Below, one piece after another: positions 24,202-32,000 of a DNA stretch of 32,000 nt. Origin of the DNA: Candidatus Brocadia sp. (lineage in GTDB: Bacteria; Planctomycetota; Brocadiia; Brocadiales; Brocadiaceae); contig CP091279.1 in assembly GCA_021650915.1 (NCBI GenBank), positions 480,001 to 512,000 of the forward strand, written 5' to 3'. The position numbers and the translations under genes were made by a program. Below the pieces are notes generated by a model. That model ran no database searches. It saw only the letters and a list, made by a program, of their open reading frames with translations, and was not told where the DNA came from. Within the stretch, counting starts at the first letter, position 1. Each line of letters begins with the position of its first letter.

Positions 24202-25428
24202 TTAAAAATTATACCCCACACTCCCAATAAACGTCCTGTCTTCTTTCTCTTTTCCCTCAGCAGGGGTGTTGTCATACTGATCGAGGAATTCGAGGCTCAC
24301 CGCAATGGATTTTGTCAGATTATGACGCACACCCAATCCGGTATCAACACGCCAGTCTTTGGTATCTTCAATACTTTCTACAAATTCTGATTTTGCATAA
24401 AATTTCGTATCTTTCCAGAACAACCAATCCAAATATTGGCCGACCCGCAAACCCATGTAGTCATCGATAATACCACCATGAAATCTTTCATAGGTATACG
24501 CCGGACCTGCTTCTGCTTTGTATTTTAACCGCTCTTTATCAATAAACCGGTAACCGGCGCCAGGCGATGAGATCGACCGGTAATTAAGGCTTTCGAGTTC
24601 ATCATGTTCAAAGTACTGGTTAAAAAATGAGTACAGTCTGGGAGAATGTTTGTATTCGTATTTTCCCGTAGCCCGTTGTTCATTAACCGTTTCCTCATCT
24701 ACATCCGTGTCATTATTGGTTACGGTTTCATATAAAGCAATGGCGTCAAAATAAATATTATCACGTTTTCTCTCGTTGGCATAGCCTCCCTTGATATGGG
24801 TTGTCGTTGATTCCGTATTTCCATCTTTTGTGTTAACGCCTGCATCAATATTTCCCTTCCATGTCCGAGGTGGCGCCGTTACCGTTGCTGCCTCTGCCTG
24901 GACAATCTTATCACCGCCGGAAACCGGTGGTTGCCCAGAAGTAGCTTTTGTCTCCGGTGCGCTTGCCTTTGCAACAACGTTTGCTGTGCTTGTCCCCAAG
25001 TCCTGCAAAGTCAACGCGTCGGTCTTGGTTGAAACAATGTCATTCATCGAAAAATTCGCTGGTTTCGGTATTCTCAGAACGGAAAATTTCTTCCCATCAC
25101 GATTGATAATACAGATCTCGCTTCCGCGGGAGACAAGGCCTACGTCTTTCAGGGGAAGATCACTTACCGTGCCGTCCGTTGTCCGCAGGGAAATCGATTC
25201 TGCGGCAACGTTAATGATTTCTCCGGTCAAAACCGCGCCGTCAATCGTCTTTATTTCATCTGAATAAGACATTCCTGCATGAAATACCCATGCTATGAAA
25301 AGAAATACGAGAGGCAAGAGAAGCATACTTCTTTTGTTATTCAAAAAATTGAACCGTTCACTTCCCGGCCTAATCAGGCTGAAAGGGTACTGAGGGCTGA
25401 CCTTTCCAAAATATACCTTCCTTTGCAT
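24202..25428 (-). CDS. DUF481 (YdiY-like) outer-membrane beta-barrel protein
   Basis: TWKGNIDAGVNTKDGNTEST is the DUF481 signature. The C-terminal half has alternating beta-strand character and ends ..GSVGYNF with a terminal aromatic residue. The true start may be the internal Met at 25326 (MLLLPLVFLFIAWVFHA signal peptide). Confidence 0.7.
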   Translation of the reverse strand: MQRKVYFGKVSPQYPFSLIRPGSERFNFLNNKRSMLLLPLVFLFIAWVFHAGMSYSDEIKTIDGAVLTGEIINVAAESISLRTTDGTVSDLPLKDVGLVSRGSEICIINRDGKKFSVLRIPKPANFSMNDIVSTKTDALTLQDLGTSTANVVAKASAPETKATSGQPPVSGGDKIVQAEAATVTAPPRTWKGNIDAGVNTKDGNTESTTTHIKGGYANERKRDNIYFDAIALYETVTNNDTDVDEETVNEQRATGKYEYKHSPRLYSFFNQYFEHDELESLNYRSISSPGAGYRFIDKERLKYKAEAGPAYTYERFHGGIIDDYMGLRVGQYLDWLFWKDTKFYAKSEFVESIEDTKDWRVDTGLGVRHNLTKSIAVSLEFLDQYDNTPAEGKEKEDRTFIGSVGYNF

Positions 25429-25547
25429 TGTGTATTAACTCCTTTTTACAAACAAACGTGCTGAATGCAAGACGTAATGACAAAACACAACATAAAATCA
25501 GTGAATTTATATCACAAGGATCTGAATCATGTCAATGGGATTCTGTA

Positions 25548-28500
25548 CTACAAGGAATCAGGGGTATGACCTGTTTCCGTTTTTTCCTCCTTCAGATGAT
25601 CCTGGACAATTTCAGTTTGAGAGGGAGCCACGGGACGTATATGAATGTTCCGTCTTGGGAAACCATATTCGATATGATTCTTTTTGAATACCTCGTCGAT
25701 AGCAAAATTCAGTTCACTCATGGTAAACCAGCGTTTTCCTGGATCGTCCGCCCAGAAAAATAATTCAAAAATCAGCGCTGAGTCTCCAAATTCAGAGAAC
25801 CGCACGAACGGCTCCGGATACGTCCTGACATTCGGATTTTGCCGGGCGATTTCCATTAAACATTTCTTTACCAATGCGATATCCGAACCATACGCGACCC
25901 CCATCTTTACGGAGCCTCTCATACGCGACGTGGGATTCGTCCAGTTGGTTATTCTGTTTTCAACAAACTTTGAATTGGGTACCGTTATGGTGATCCCGTC
26001 GGGAGTGGTAAGCGTTGTGCTCCGCGCGTTGAACTTGTCGATGGTGCCCAGAGTGCCATCCTCCAGCGTTATAACGTCTCCAATGCGAATGGGGCGTTCA
26101 AAGAGAAGGATGATGCCGCTGACGAAATTACTGATGATATTCTGCATGCCAAACCCGATACCGATACCAAAGGCGCCTGCAAAGAAAGCCAGGCTTCGTA
26201 AGGGAATTCCGGCGATATTGAGGCCAATAAGCGCCGCGATGCCTATGACGATATATCGTATCAGGGTCGATAGCGTTTGTTTCAACCCGCGTTCAAGACG
26301 GAGTTTATAAAATACCTTTTCATCAAGCAACTTTTTAATTTGTCGTGCGATAAAAAAGGAGATAAACAGCACGACTAACGCTACAATAATCTTTATCGGC
26401 GTTGTGTACCTGCCCTCTTCCAGGATGAAACGATACCTTAGCCCACTGCCAACTGTCCCTAAAACCACTCCTATATGCCTGAATATTTTATGTACCAGAT
26501 AGGGGGCTGCCGATGAACCGACCGCATCACGAAATGTCCCGATCCATACACGAATAATAATGATGGCAACAACAATAGAAATGAGGTAATTCAGGGCAAC
26601 ATGATATATTGTCGTGATCGTCTGAAATCGTTTTCCCGCCACCGTATCTTTGCTGAGATTTTCTCTGTTAAAGCGTCTTTCTCTTACGTGAACCAGCTGG
26701 TGATATAAGTATTTCCACACCCAGAAAGCGATAAATACAAAGGCAAAACTCTTTATGCAGGTCTTTAATAACACATAGAAGAGTACCTGATACCCTAGAA
26801 TCCTTATCGCAAATAGCGAAACAACAAAGGTGATAAAAATAGGATAGATTACGGTTATGATACGGTGAATGAGTTTTACAAACTGAGTTTCCGCGCTTGG
26901 CAATAATTTGAATATCAGCGTTTTCTGGGCTGCAAGCCAGAGTATAAGGATCGAAATCCCCACCCGGTATAAAAACCAGAGTAATTCGACGACATCGTTC
27001 CGGTATCCAAATATCGTGAGAACGGCAATGAGAGAAAACGAAACAAAAGAAAATAGCAAAATGATATTTAATGATTTATAGATGTGTTTGGGAGAGATAT
27101 ATGCCAAAGAGGTAACTAATTTTTTATCTCCTTTCTCCGGGCTGAAGGATTCAATAAGAAAACACTTGAGGATTTTGTATACCGCAAAAAAGATGAATAC
27201 ATATCGTGTTGCCTTTATGAAGGGGGTATTTATGCTGAAAATACCTGGTACCGATAAAGAAAAGATGGCCAGCCACATGGCATGTATACTCTTCTGAAGT
27301 ACGAATAAAAGACTGGGAAATAGCCTCGCCCTATAATAGGGTGCATCTGCGGTTTCATATAATGCCTGTATTTTGAAGGCGCTCCACCGGCGAATATGCT
27401 TTTTTGAAAAATAAAACCCGGCAATGAGCCCGGTTAGTCCGCATAATCGTATCCAAAAAGTAACCGCATGCCTTTTGCCGGAGATATACACGATGAAATT
27501 CTTTATCTGAAGAGGGATGTTGCTATAGAGCGATTCTAACCGGCCGTAACAACCTGCCATATCCTTGTATAATTCACTTACCGTCTGGACGGAAATGGAG
27601 CTTTCTATCCTTGTCCAAATATTGGCCGCTTTCATATTGATCAGCTTTTCTTTCGTCTTTTCCAGCAGGGTCAAAGAGTATTTTTTGATTTTTAACCGTT
27701 CTGTTAATCTCTCCAACCTTGCAGATATCAGTCCATCCTGCTCTTCCAATGCCCTCACAATAGTATCTGAGTATTCTCTTGCCTGGCGCACCAGTTCTTT
27801 ATTTGAGAAAGAGGCAACTTCCTCTTCGATCTTTGATTGTTCTTCTTTAAACTTGACGCAATTGTCTGAAGCGAGCTTTTTTTCTTCCTGCACCAAAGGA
27901 ATGAGGCTTTCTACAGCCTTGATCGCCTCCAAAAACCGCTTTTTTTCCGCCTCCATTTTCTTTACGGATTCATCAATCTCTTTTGTTGTCAGGCTCCGGC
28001 TCAATAAAAGCCCAATATTTGCCTCTAATTCTTTATATTCAGTAACGTCTTTAAATCGCTGCATGCCATCGGTAATAAGTTCTTCTTTTCTCTTTGCTAC
28101 AAGCCCACTCTGTCTATGAACATCAGCCTCTAACTCTAAAACCCGTTTTTTCTCAGGAGAAGCCGTTAGTATTTGTTCGACGGCAACTTCCTCGCCTTTC
28201 TTAACTGCTTCCTGCAATGCCTTCTCGACCTCCGCCTTCGTCATTTCAGCAATTTTTCGGCTCTGTTCCTCTGCCTTTTTTGCAACTTCCAAATCTGCCT
28301 GCTTTTTTACCACTTCCTCGGCTTTTACCTTTTCCTCCAAACGTTTTGCCTTTTCGGCCAAAAAAGCGGCGTTGAATTCAGCATTTCTTAATTCCAGTTG
28401 CGCTTTGTCATAACGGATCCGGGACGTTTCCAACCTGGTCTCAAATATCATAATCCACTGAGAACCGATGGCCTTTTTCCACAGCACAATACTGTCAATC

Positions 28501-29282
28501 TTTTCCTGGACTGCATGAACGCTCGGCGCAGACTGGCCGATCTCCGCTTTTAACGTCTCCAAATACTGCGCAAGATCGCGTTCCTCTTCAGACACTTTGA
28601 CCTTAATCTCCACCAGTCTCGTGCTGAAAAACGACATCACCGATTCCTTCTCCTTGATACTGGCCTGCATTGCTGTAATGTAACTCCTGGCAATGTCCGC
28701 CTCTTTTCTGACAATGGGCGCTTGTTCATGAGAAGTTAAAAGCGCCTCTTCGAGCCTCAATATTGACCGTAATAACACAACGATCTCATCATAGGCCTTT
28801 GACTGATCCTGAAGCACTTCAATCCGGTCCTTGTAAGTCTCTATTAGTTCGTTGTCGGTGTCTCGTTTTTCTTTACCTGTGGCAATCTCTTTATCCAATA
28901 ATTCCAGGTATTTTGAATTCACTTCCTGACTAGGATAATTATCTCGTTCTTGCTGTAGCCTATCAATATAGGCGCTCATTGCCCTTGCATCTCGTTCCAG
29001 ATCGGATATCAGGGACTCCATCTTGTCCAGAGATTTACTCGCAGTAAGTTTTATTTCTTCTTCTTTTATCCTGGCCTTTTCAATATCCGCGGGTTTTATG
29101 GTTACGCCCATTTCTGAAAGTCTTATTTCAATCTCCTTCTTTTCTGCAGTTTGTGCCTGCGCATTCGGGTATGGGCATAACCCAAAGAGACAAACGATCA
29201 TGCAAAGAACGAAGCTATTTTGAGAAGGGGATAGAAGGACAAAAGTACTTTTGCATTTCCGTATGGCAGACTTCAAAGTCAT
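25548..29282 (-). CDS. Large MscK/KefA-like mechanosensitive channel (MscS family)
   Basis: It has a signal peptide and an E/K-rich coiled-coil N-terminal region of about 550 aa. About 11 TM helices follow. The MscS core is GAFGIGIGFGMQNIISNFVSGIILLFERPIRIGDVITL..GTIDKFNARSTTLTTPDG. Confidence 0.85.
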   Translation of the reverse strand: MTLKSAIRKCKSTFVLLSPSQNSFVLCMIVCLFGLCPYPNAQAQTAEKKEIEIRLSEMGVTIKPADIEKARIKEEEIKLTASKSLDKMESLISDLERDARAMSAYIDRLQQERDNYPSQEVNSKYLELLDKEIATGKEKRDTDNELIETYKDRIEVLQDQSKAYDEIVVLLRSILRLEEALLTSHEQAPIVRKEADIARSYITAMQASIKEKESVMSFFSTRLVEIKVKVSEEERDLAQYLETLKAEIGQSAPSVHAVQEKIDSIVLWKKAIGSQWIMIFETRLETSRIRYDKAQLELRNAEFNAAFLAEKAKRLEEKVKAEEVVKKQADLEVAKKAEEQSRKIAEMTKAEVEKALQEAVKKGEEVAVEQILTASPEKKRVLELEADVHRQSGLVAKRKEELITDGMQRFKDVTEYKELEANIGLLLSRSLTTKEIDESVKKMEAEKKRFLEAIKAVESLIPLVQEEKKLASDNCVKFKEEQSKIEEEVASFSNKELVRQAREYSDTIVRALEEQDGLISARLERLTERLKIKKYSLTLLEKTKEKLINMKAANIWTRIESSISVQTVSELYKDMAGCYGRLESLYSNIPLQIKNFIVYISGKRHAVTFWIRLCGLTGLIAGFYFSKKHIRRWSAFKIQALYETADAPYYRARLFPSLLFVLQKSIHAMWLAIFSLSVPGIFSINTPFIKATRYVFIFFAVYKILKCFLIESFSPEKGDKKLVTSLAYISPKHIYKSLNIILLFSFVSFSLIAVLTIFGYRNDVVELLWFLYRVGISILILWLAAQKTLIFKLLPSAETQFVKLIHRIITVIYPIFITFVVSLFAIRILGYQVLFYVLLKTCIKSFAFVFIAFWVWKYLYHQLVHVRERRFNRENLSKDTVAGKRFQTITTIYHVALNYLISIVVAIIIIRVWIGTFRDAVGSSAAPYLVHKIFRHIGVVLGTVGSGLRYRFILEEGRYTTPIKIIVALVVLFISFFIARQIKKLLDEKVFYKLRLERGLKQTLSTLIRYIVIGIAALIGLNIAGIPLRSLAFFAGAFGIGIGFGMQNIISNFVSGIILLFERPIRIGDVITLEDGTLGTIDKFNARSTTLTTPDGITITVPNSKFVENRITNWTNPTSRMRGSVKMGVAYGSDIALVKKCLMEIARQNPNVRTYPEPFVRFSEFGDSALIFELFFWADDPGKRWFTMSELNFAIDEVFKKNHIEYGFPRRNIHIRPVAPSQTEIVQDHLKEEKTETGHTPDSL

Positions 29283-29418
29283 CGTTCATTCTCCTCTATA
29301 AGGACGTATCCTCACCTTGTGCATCTTATTATCTTAAGGTTTTTATTTTATCATTTTACTGAAAATATGCAATATATCACGGAAACACCCAACCCGAACG
29401 AATCGAAAAGACAAGCCA

Positions 29419-29449
29419 ACCCTGTCAGGGTTCAAAGCCCTGACAGGGT
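29419..29449. repeat. Perfect palindromic hairpin (12-bp stem, 7-nt loop) in the divergent intergenic region
   Basis: ACCCTGTCAGGG-TTCAAAG-CCCTGACAGGGT. It lies 137 nt upstream of the MscK-like start codon. No adjacent T-run is present on either strand. Confidence 0.6.
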
Positions 29450-29777
29450 AGTGCCTACTCACGTTTTTGCCAAAAATGTCAAAATATGTTTTATTAGACA
29501 CTATTCCCCTTTTCCCGCCATCGTAGGGAAGAAAAGGAAATAGTTATTTTTGTTGCGGCCTCGCTGCATCATGGTATGATTGTTTTACATACATGGTCAC
29601 AATTTCATTGCATCATTCATTAAGTCTCATTATAGTATTACCGTATAAAATTTTTTTTGCAAGTTTTTACAATCCCCTTCACCTCCTTGCTAAGGGGGAA
29701 TTGGTTGCGGCTGTGCTGCGGTATGATAGGTTAACTCTTTTTACTAACTTCATTTTTTATCTCTCAGGTATAACTCT

Positions 29778-32000
29778 ATGTCAATAAAAACTACTGCCTT
29801 TGTTCTATCTATGATTTTTTTGCAGATCGCGTGTGGAGATATAGCGCTTTTAGCCAATCAGGTCAGTGAAAACGACCCATTTCACAAAGACATTATTCAA
29901 AAGACAAAACGGCTGCAACTGCCTTTTATTGCCAATGCAGGGCAAGTCCATGAGAAGGTAAGGTATTATGCCCATACCTTCGGGGGCAAGGTATTCATCA
30001 CGCAGGACGGAGAAATCGTTTATTCCTTGCCAGCATGGAGCACGATGGAAGAAACGAGCATCGGTGGCAGAAAGGCAGAAATCAGGGGAATGGCCTTTGC
30101 GCCTCGAATACCCGATAGACGTATTTTCCAAATATCAAGACCGCTTGAGACATTCTTGATTTCATACCATAACCCGATATCCAATGTTGCTGCTTCCTTT
30201 AGTGATGGTGCAACCACCCCATTCACCATCCACAACCAGAGATCACCCAGGAGGGGACTTGCCCTCAAGGAGGTCTTTGTCGGTGGAAAACCTGATGCAG
30301 CACAGGGTGAGGAAAAGGTCGTCACCGAGGTTAATTATTTCAAAGGAAATGATCCTTCCCGATGGAAGAGGAACATCCCTGCCTATGAGGTGGTAAATCT
30401 TGGAGAAGTATACAGGGGAATACACGTAAAGTTGAGGGCGTATGACAGCAATATAGAAAAACTCTTTTATCTGAAGCCACATGCAGACCCAAAGGCAATA
30501 ACCATAAGACTCAGCGGAGCACATGCAATAGGCATAGATAATACCGGCCAGCTTGAGGTTGCCACAGCTTTAGGGACGGTCAAATTTACCAGGCCGATAG
30601 CTTATCAGGAAATCGATGGCAAAAGGGTAGAAGTTGCGGTTGATTATCAAATCAGACGTTCGGGCGGCGGAGGTCCGAATACGGAAATAAGTCTCTCATG
30701 CCAGAAATCTGAAATCGGAAATCCAGAATCTGAGGTCGAAAATGTTTACGGTTTTCGGGTAGCTTCCTACGATAAGACACAAGAACTCATTATTGATCCC
30801 CTCCTTGCTTCCACCTATCTTGGCGGAGTTGAATCTGACTATGGCAGTTCCATAGCGGTGGATGCAGCTCGTAATGTCTATGTTACCGGCTATACCAACT
30901 CATCTGATTTTCCCACGACTTCCGGCGCTTTTGATGTTTCCTATAACACCGGTGACGTCTTTGTATCAAAACTCAATACAGATCTCACCCATCTTCTTGC
31001 ATCTACCTTTCTGGGCGGCTCATCTGAGGATCATGTGCGTTCTATAGCCCTTGATTCGAAAAATAACGTTTACCTGGCTGGTCAAACGTCTTCGTCAAAC
31101 TTTCCCATAATTGAAGGCGCCTATGACACCACGAAAAACGGCTTTTACGATGCCTTTTTGGTTAGGTTAAGCGGGGACCTGACAAGTCTTTTGTCATCCA
31201 CGTATTTGGGAGGCTCTACCGATGAGTGCGCCAATGCTATTGTTCTGGACCAAGGCGGAATCGTTCTGTGCGTTACGGGCAGAACCTCATCGAAAAACTT
31301 TCCCATAACACCAGGCAGTTACGATGCTGATTACAAAAATGGCGATGTCTTCATAGCAAAATTCGATTGGAATTTGACTACCCTTATTGCATCTACCTAT
31401 TTAGGAGGCACGTCAAATGACTATGGAAATGCCATTGTTATAGACGCAAAGAGAAACATATATGTAGTAGGAGAGACCTGGTCATTTGACTTTCCCACGA
31501 ACGCTGACGCTTACGATGATTCATTTAACGGCGGATTTGGTGACGCCTTTATCTCAAAGTTAGACTGGGATTTAAAGCGTCTTCTCGCATCCACGTATTT
31601 AGGAGGAAGCACGGATGATTCTGGTTGTGGTATCGCCTTAGACGCCTATGACCATATTTATGTGCTTGGCCAAACTGAGTCGCCGGACTTTCCAACTACC
31701 TCCGCCGCATGTGATACCGCTTTTCATAATGGAGACGCCTTTGTGTCCAAATTGAATGATAGTTTGTCAAAACTTCTGGCATCTACTTTTTTAGGAGGGG
31801 CAGATGATGATATTGGCAATTCCATTGCCATAGGACCGGGTGACACTATTTATGTCGGTGGCTACACGGCATCATCAGATTTCCCGACAACTCCGAGTGC
31901 ATATAATATCCATAAAGGCGTCCTTTTTGATGCCTTTCTCACAAAACTTGATGGAGGTTTGACAAAAATACTTGCCTCTACTTTTTTAGGGGGAAGTTCC
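29778..32000 (+). CDS. Secreted SBBP beta-propeller-repeat protein with a DUF7948-like N-terminal domain, 3'-partial (runs off the window)
   Basis: I translated frame 3 by hand from the ATG at 29778 and found 741 codons with no stop through 32000. It is absent from the ORF track because it has no stop in the window. The signal peptide is MSIKTTAFVLSMIFLQIACGD. The N-terminal domain includes LPFIANAGQ...NYFKGNDPSRWKRNIPAY..VYRGIHVKLRAY. At least 6.5 repeats follow with the pattern LLASTYLGG..D.g..IA.D....YV.G.T.S.DFPTT..A.D......DAFVSKL. Confidence 0.8.
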   Translation, partial: MSIKTTAFVLSMIFLQIACGDIALLANQVSENDPFHKDIIQKTKRLQLPFIANAGQVHEKVRYYAHTFGGKVFITQDGEIVYSLPAWSTMEETSIGGRKAEIRGMAFAPRIPDRRIFQISRPLETFLISYHNPISNVAASFSDGATTPFTIHNQRSPRRGLALKEVFVGGKPDAAQGEEKVVTEVNYFKGNDPSRWKRNIPAYEVVNLGEVYRGIHVKLRAYDSNIEKLFYLKPHADPKAITIRLSGAHAIGIDNTGQLEVATALGTVKFTRPIAYQEIDGKRVEVAVDYQIRRSGGGGPNTEISLSCQKSEIGNPESEVENVYGFRVASYDKTQELIIDPLLASTYLGGVESDYGSSIAVDAARNVYVTGYTNSSDFPTTSGAFDVSYNTGDVFVSKLNTDLTHLLASTFLGGSSEDHVRSIALDSKNNVYLAGQTSSSNFPIIEGAYDTTKNGFYDAFLVRLSGDLTSLLSSTYLGGSTDECANAIVLDQGGIVLCVTGRTSSKNFPITPGSYDADYKNGDVFIAKFDWNLTTLIASTYLGGTSNDYGNAIVIDAKRNIYVVGETWSFDFPTNADAYDDSFNGGFGDAFISKLDWDLKRLLASTYLGGSTDDSGCGIALDAYDHIYVLGQTESPDFPTTSAACDTAFHNGDAFVSKLNDSLSKLLASTFLGGADDDIGNSIAIGPGDTIYVGGYTASSDFPTTPSAYNIHKGVLFDAFLTKLDGGLTKILASTFLGGSS
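30798..32000 (+). repeat. Tandem coding repeats of about 195 nt (65 aa), SBBP units
   Basis: Units start with (L/I)(L/I)(A/S)ST(Y/F)LGG. Seven unit starts are visible before the window ends. The units are diverged at the DNA level and conserved at the protein level. Confidence 0.75.

Noticed and set aside
25684-28119. Plus-strand ORFs of 184-208 aa (25684-26310 and 27565-28119) antisense to the MscK-like gene
   Set aside because: They are Ser/Phe/Leu-rich with no motifs, and they lie entirely within a strongly supported 1244-aa gene on the other strand. They are shadow ORFs.
1-32000. A scan for CRISPR arrays, tRNA or rRNA genes and defence-system gene pairs
   Set aside because: There are no regularly spaced short direct repeats, no tRNA-like cloverleaf segments and no rRNA-like stretches. 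I also recognised no nuclease/ATPase/methylase combinations. The only repeats are IS-derived or SBBP coding repeats.

Overview
The window looks like chromosomal DNA from an anammox planctomycete (order Brocadiales). This call is an inference from gene content, made without any database search. It splits into four blocks. (1) 1-3890 is a siroheme and sulfur-relay cysteine cluster: the SirC-like domain of siroheme synthase, a small nitrite/sulfite-reductase-family protein, DsrE-like, cysteine synthase, a JAMM/MPN+ protease and TusA-like. (2) 3917-10998 is a single plus-strand operon between a near-consensus promoter and a perfect terminator hairpin. It encodes an unusual Rieske/cytochrome b complex: Rieske, a GltD-like NAD(P)/FAD/FeS oxidoreductase, split cytochrome b6 and subunit IV, a membrane-anchored hexaheme cytochrome c, and a membrane-anchored octaheme HAO-like protein. 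From memory this matches the R/b-3 locus of Ca. Kuenenia stuttgartiensis (kuste4569-4574), whose physiological reaction is still unresolved. I consider it the most interesting system here. (3) 11-14.5 kb holds agmatinase, a TPR lipoprotein and a GAF-GAF-GGDEF cyclase. It is followed at 14.9-21.4 kb by a mobile-element graveyard: an ISL3-family IS with perfect 19-bp IRs, split by two tandem copies of a 1.85-kb IS separated by the same 6-bp repeat TAAATA; an ORF-free hairpin-rich segment that may be a group II intron 5' fragment; and a 5'-truncated ISAs1-type transposase. All three IS transposase genes are broken at homopolymer runs. (4) 21.4-32 kb holds minus-strand housekeeping and envelope genes (MIase-like, FabG, YajQ, a Zn-ribbon/TM/zincin fusion, a DUF481 OMP, a 1244-aa MscK-like channel). 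It ends with a long plus-strand ORF (29778 to the window end) that is missing from the ORF track and encodes an SBBP beta-propeller repeat protein. I found no rRNA, tRNA or CRISPR array.
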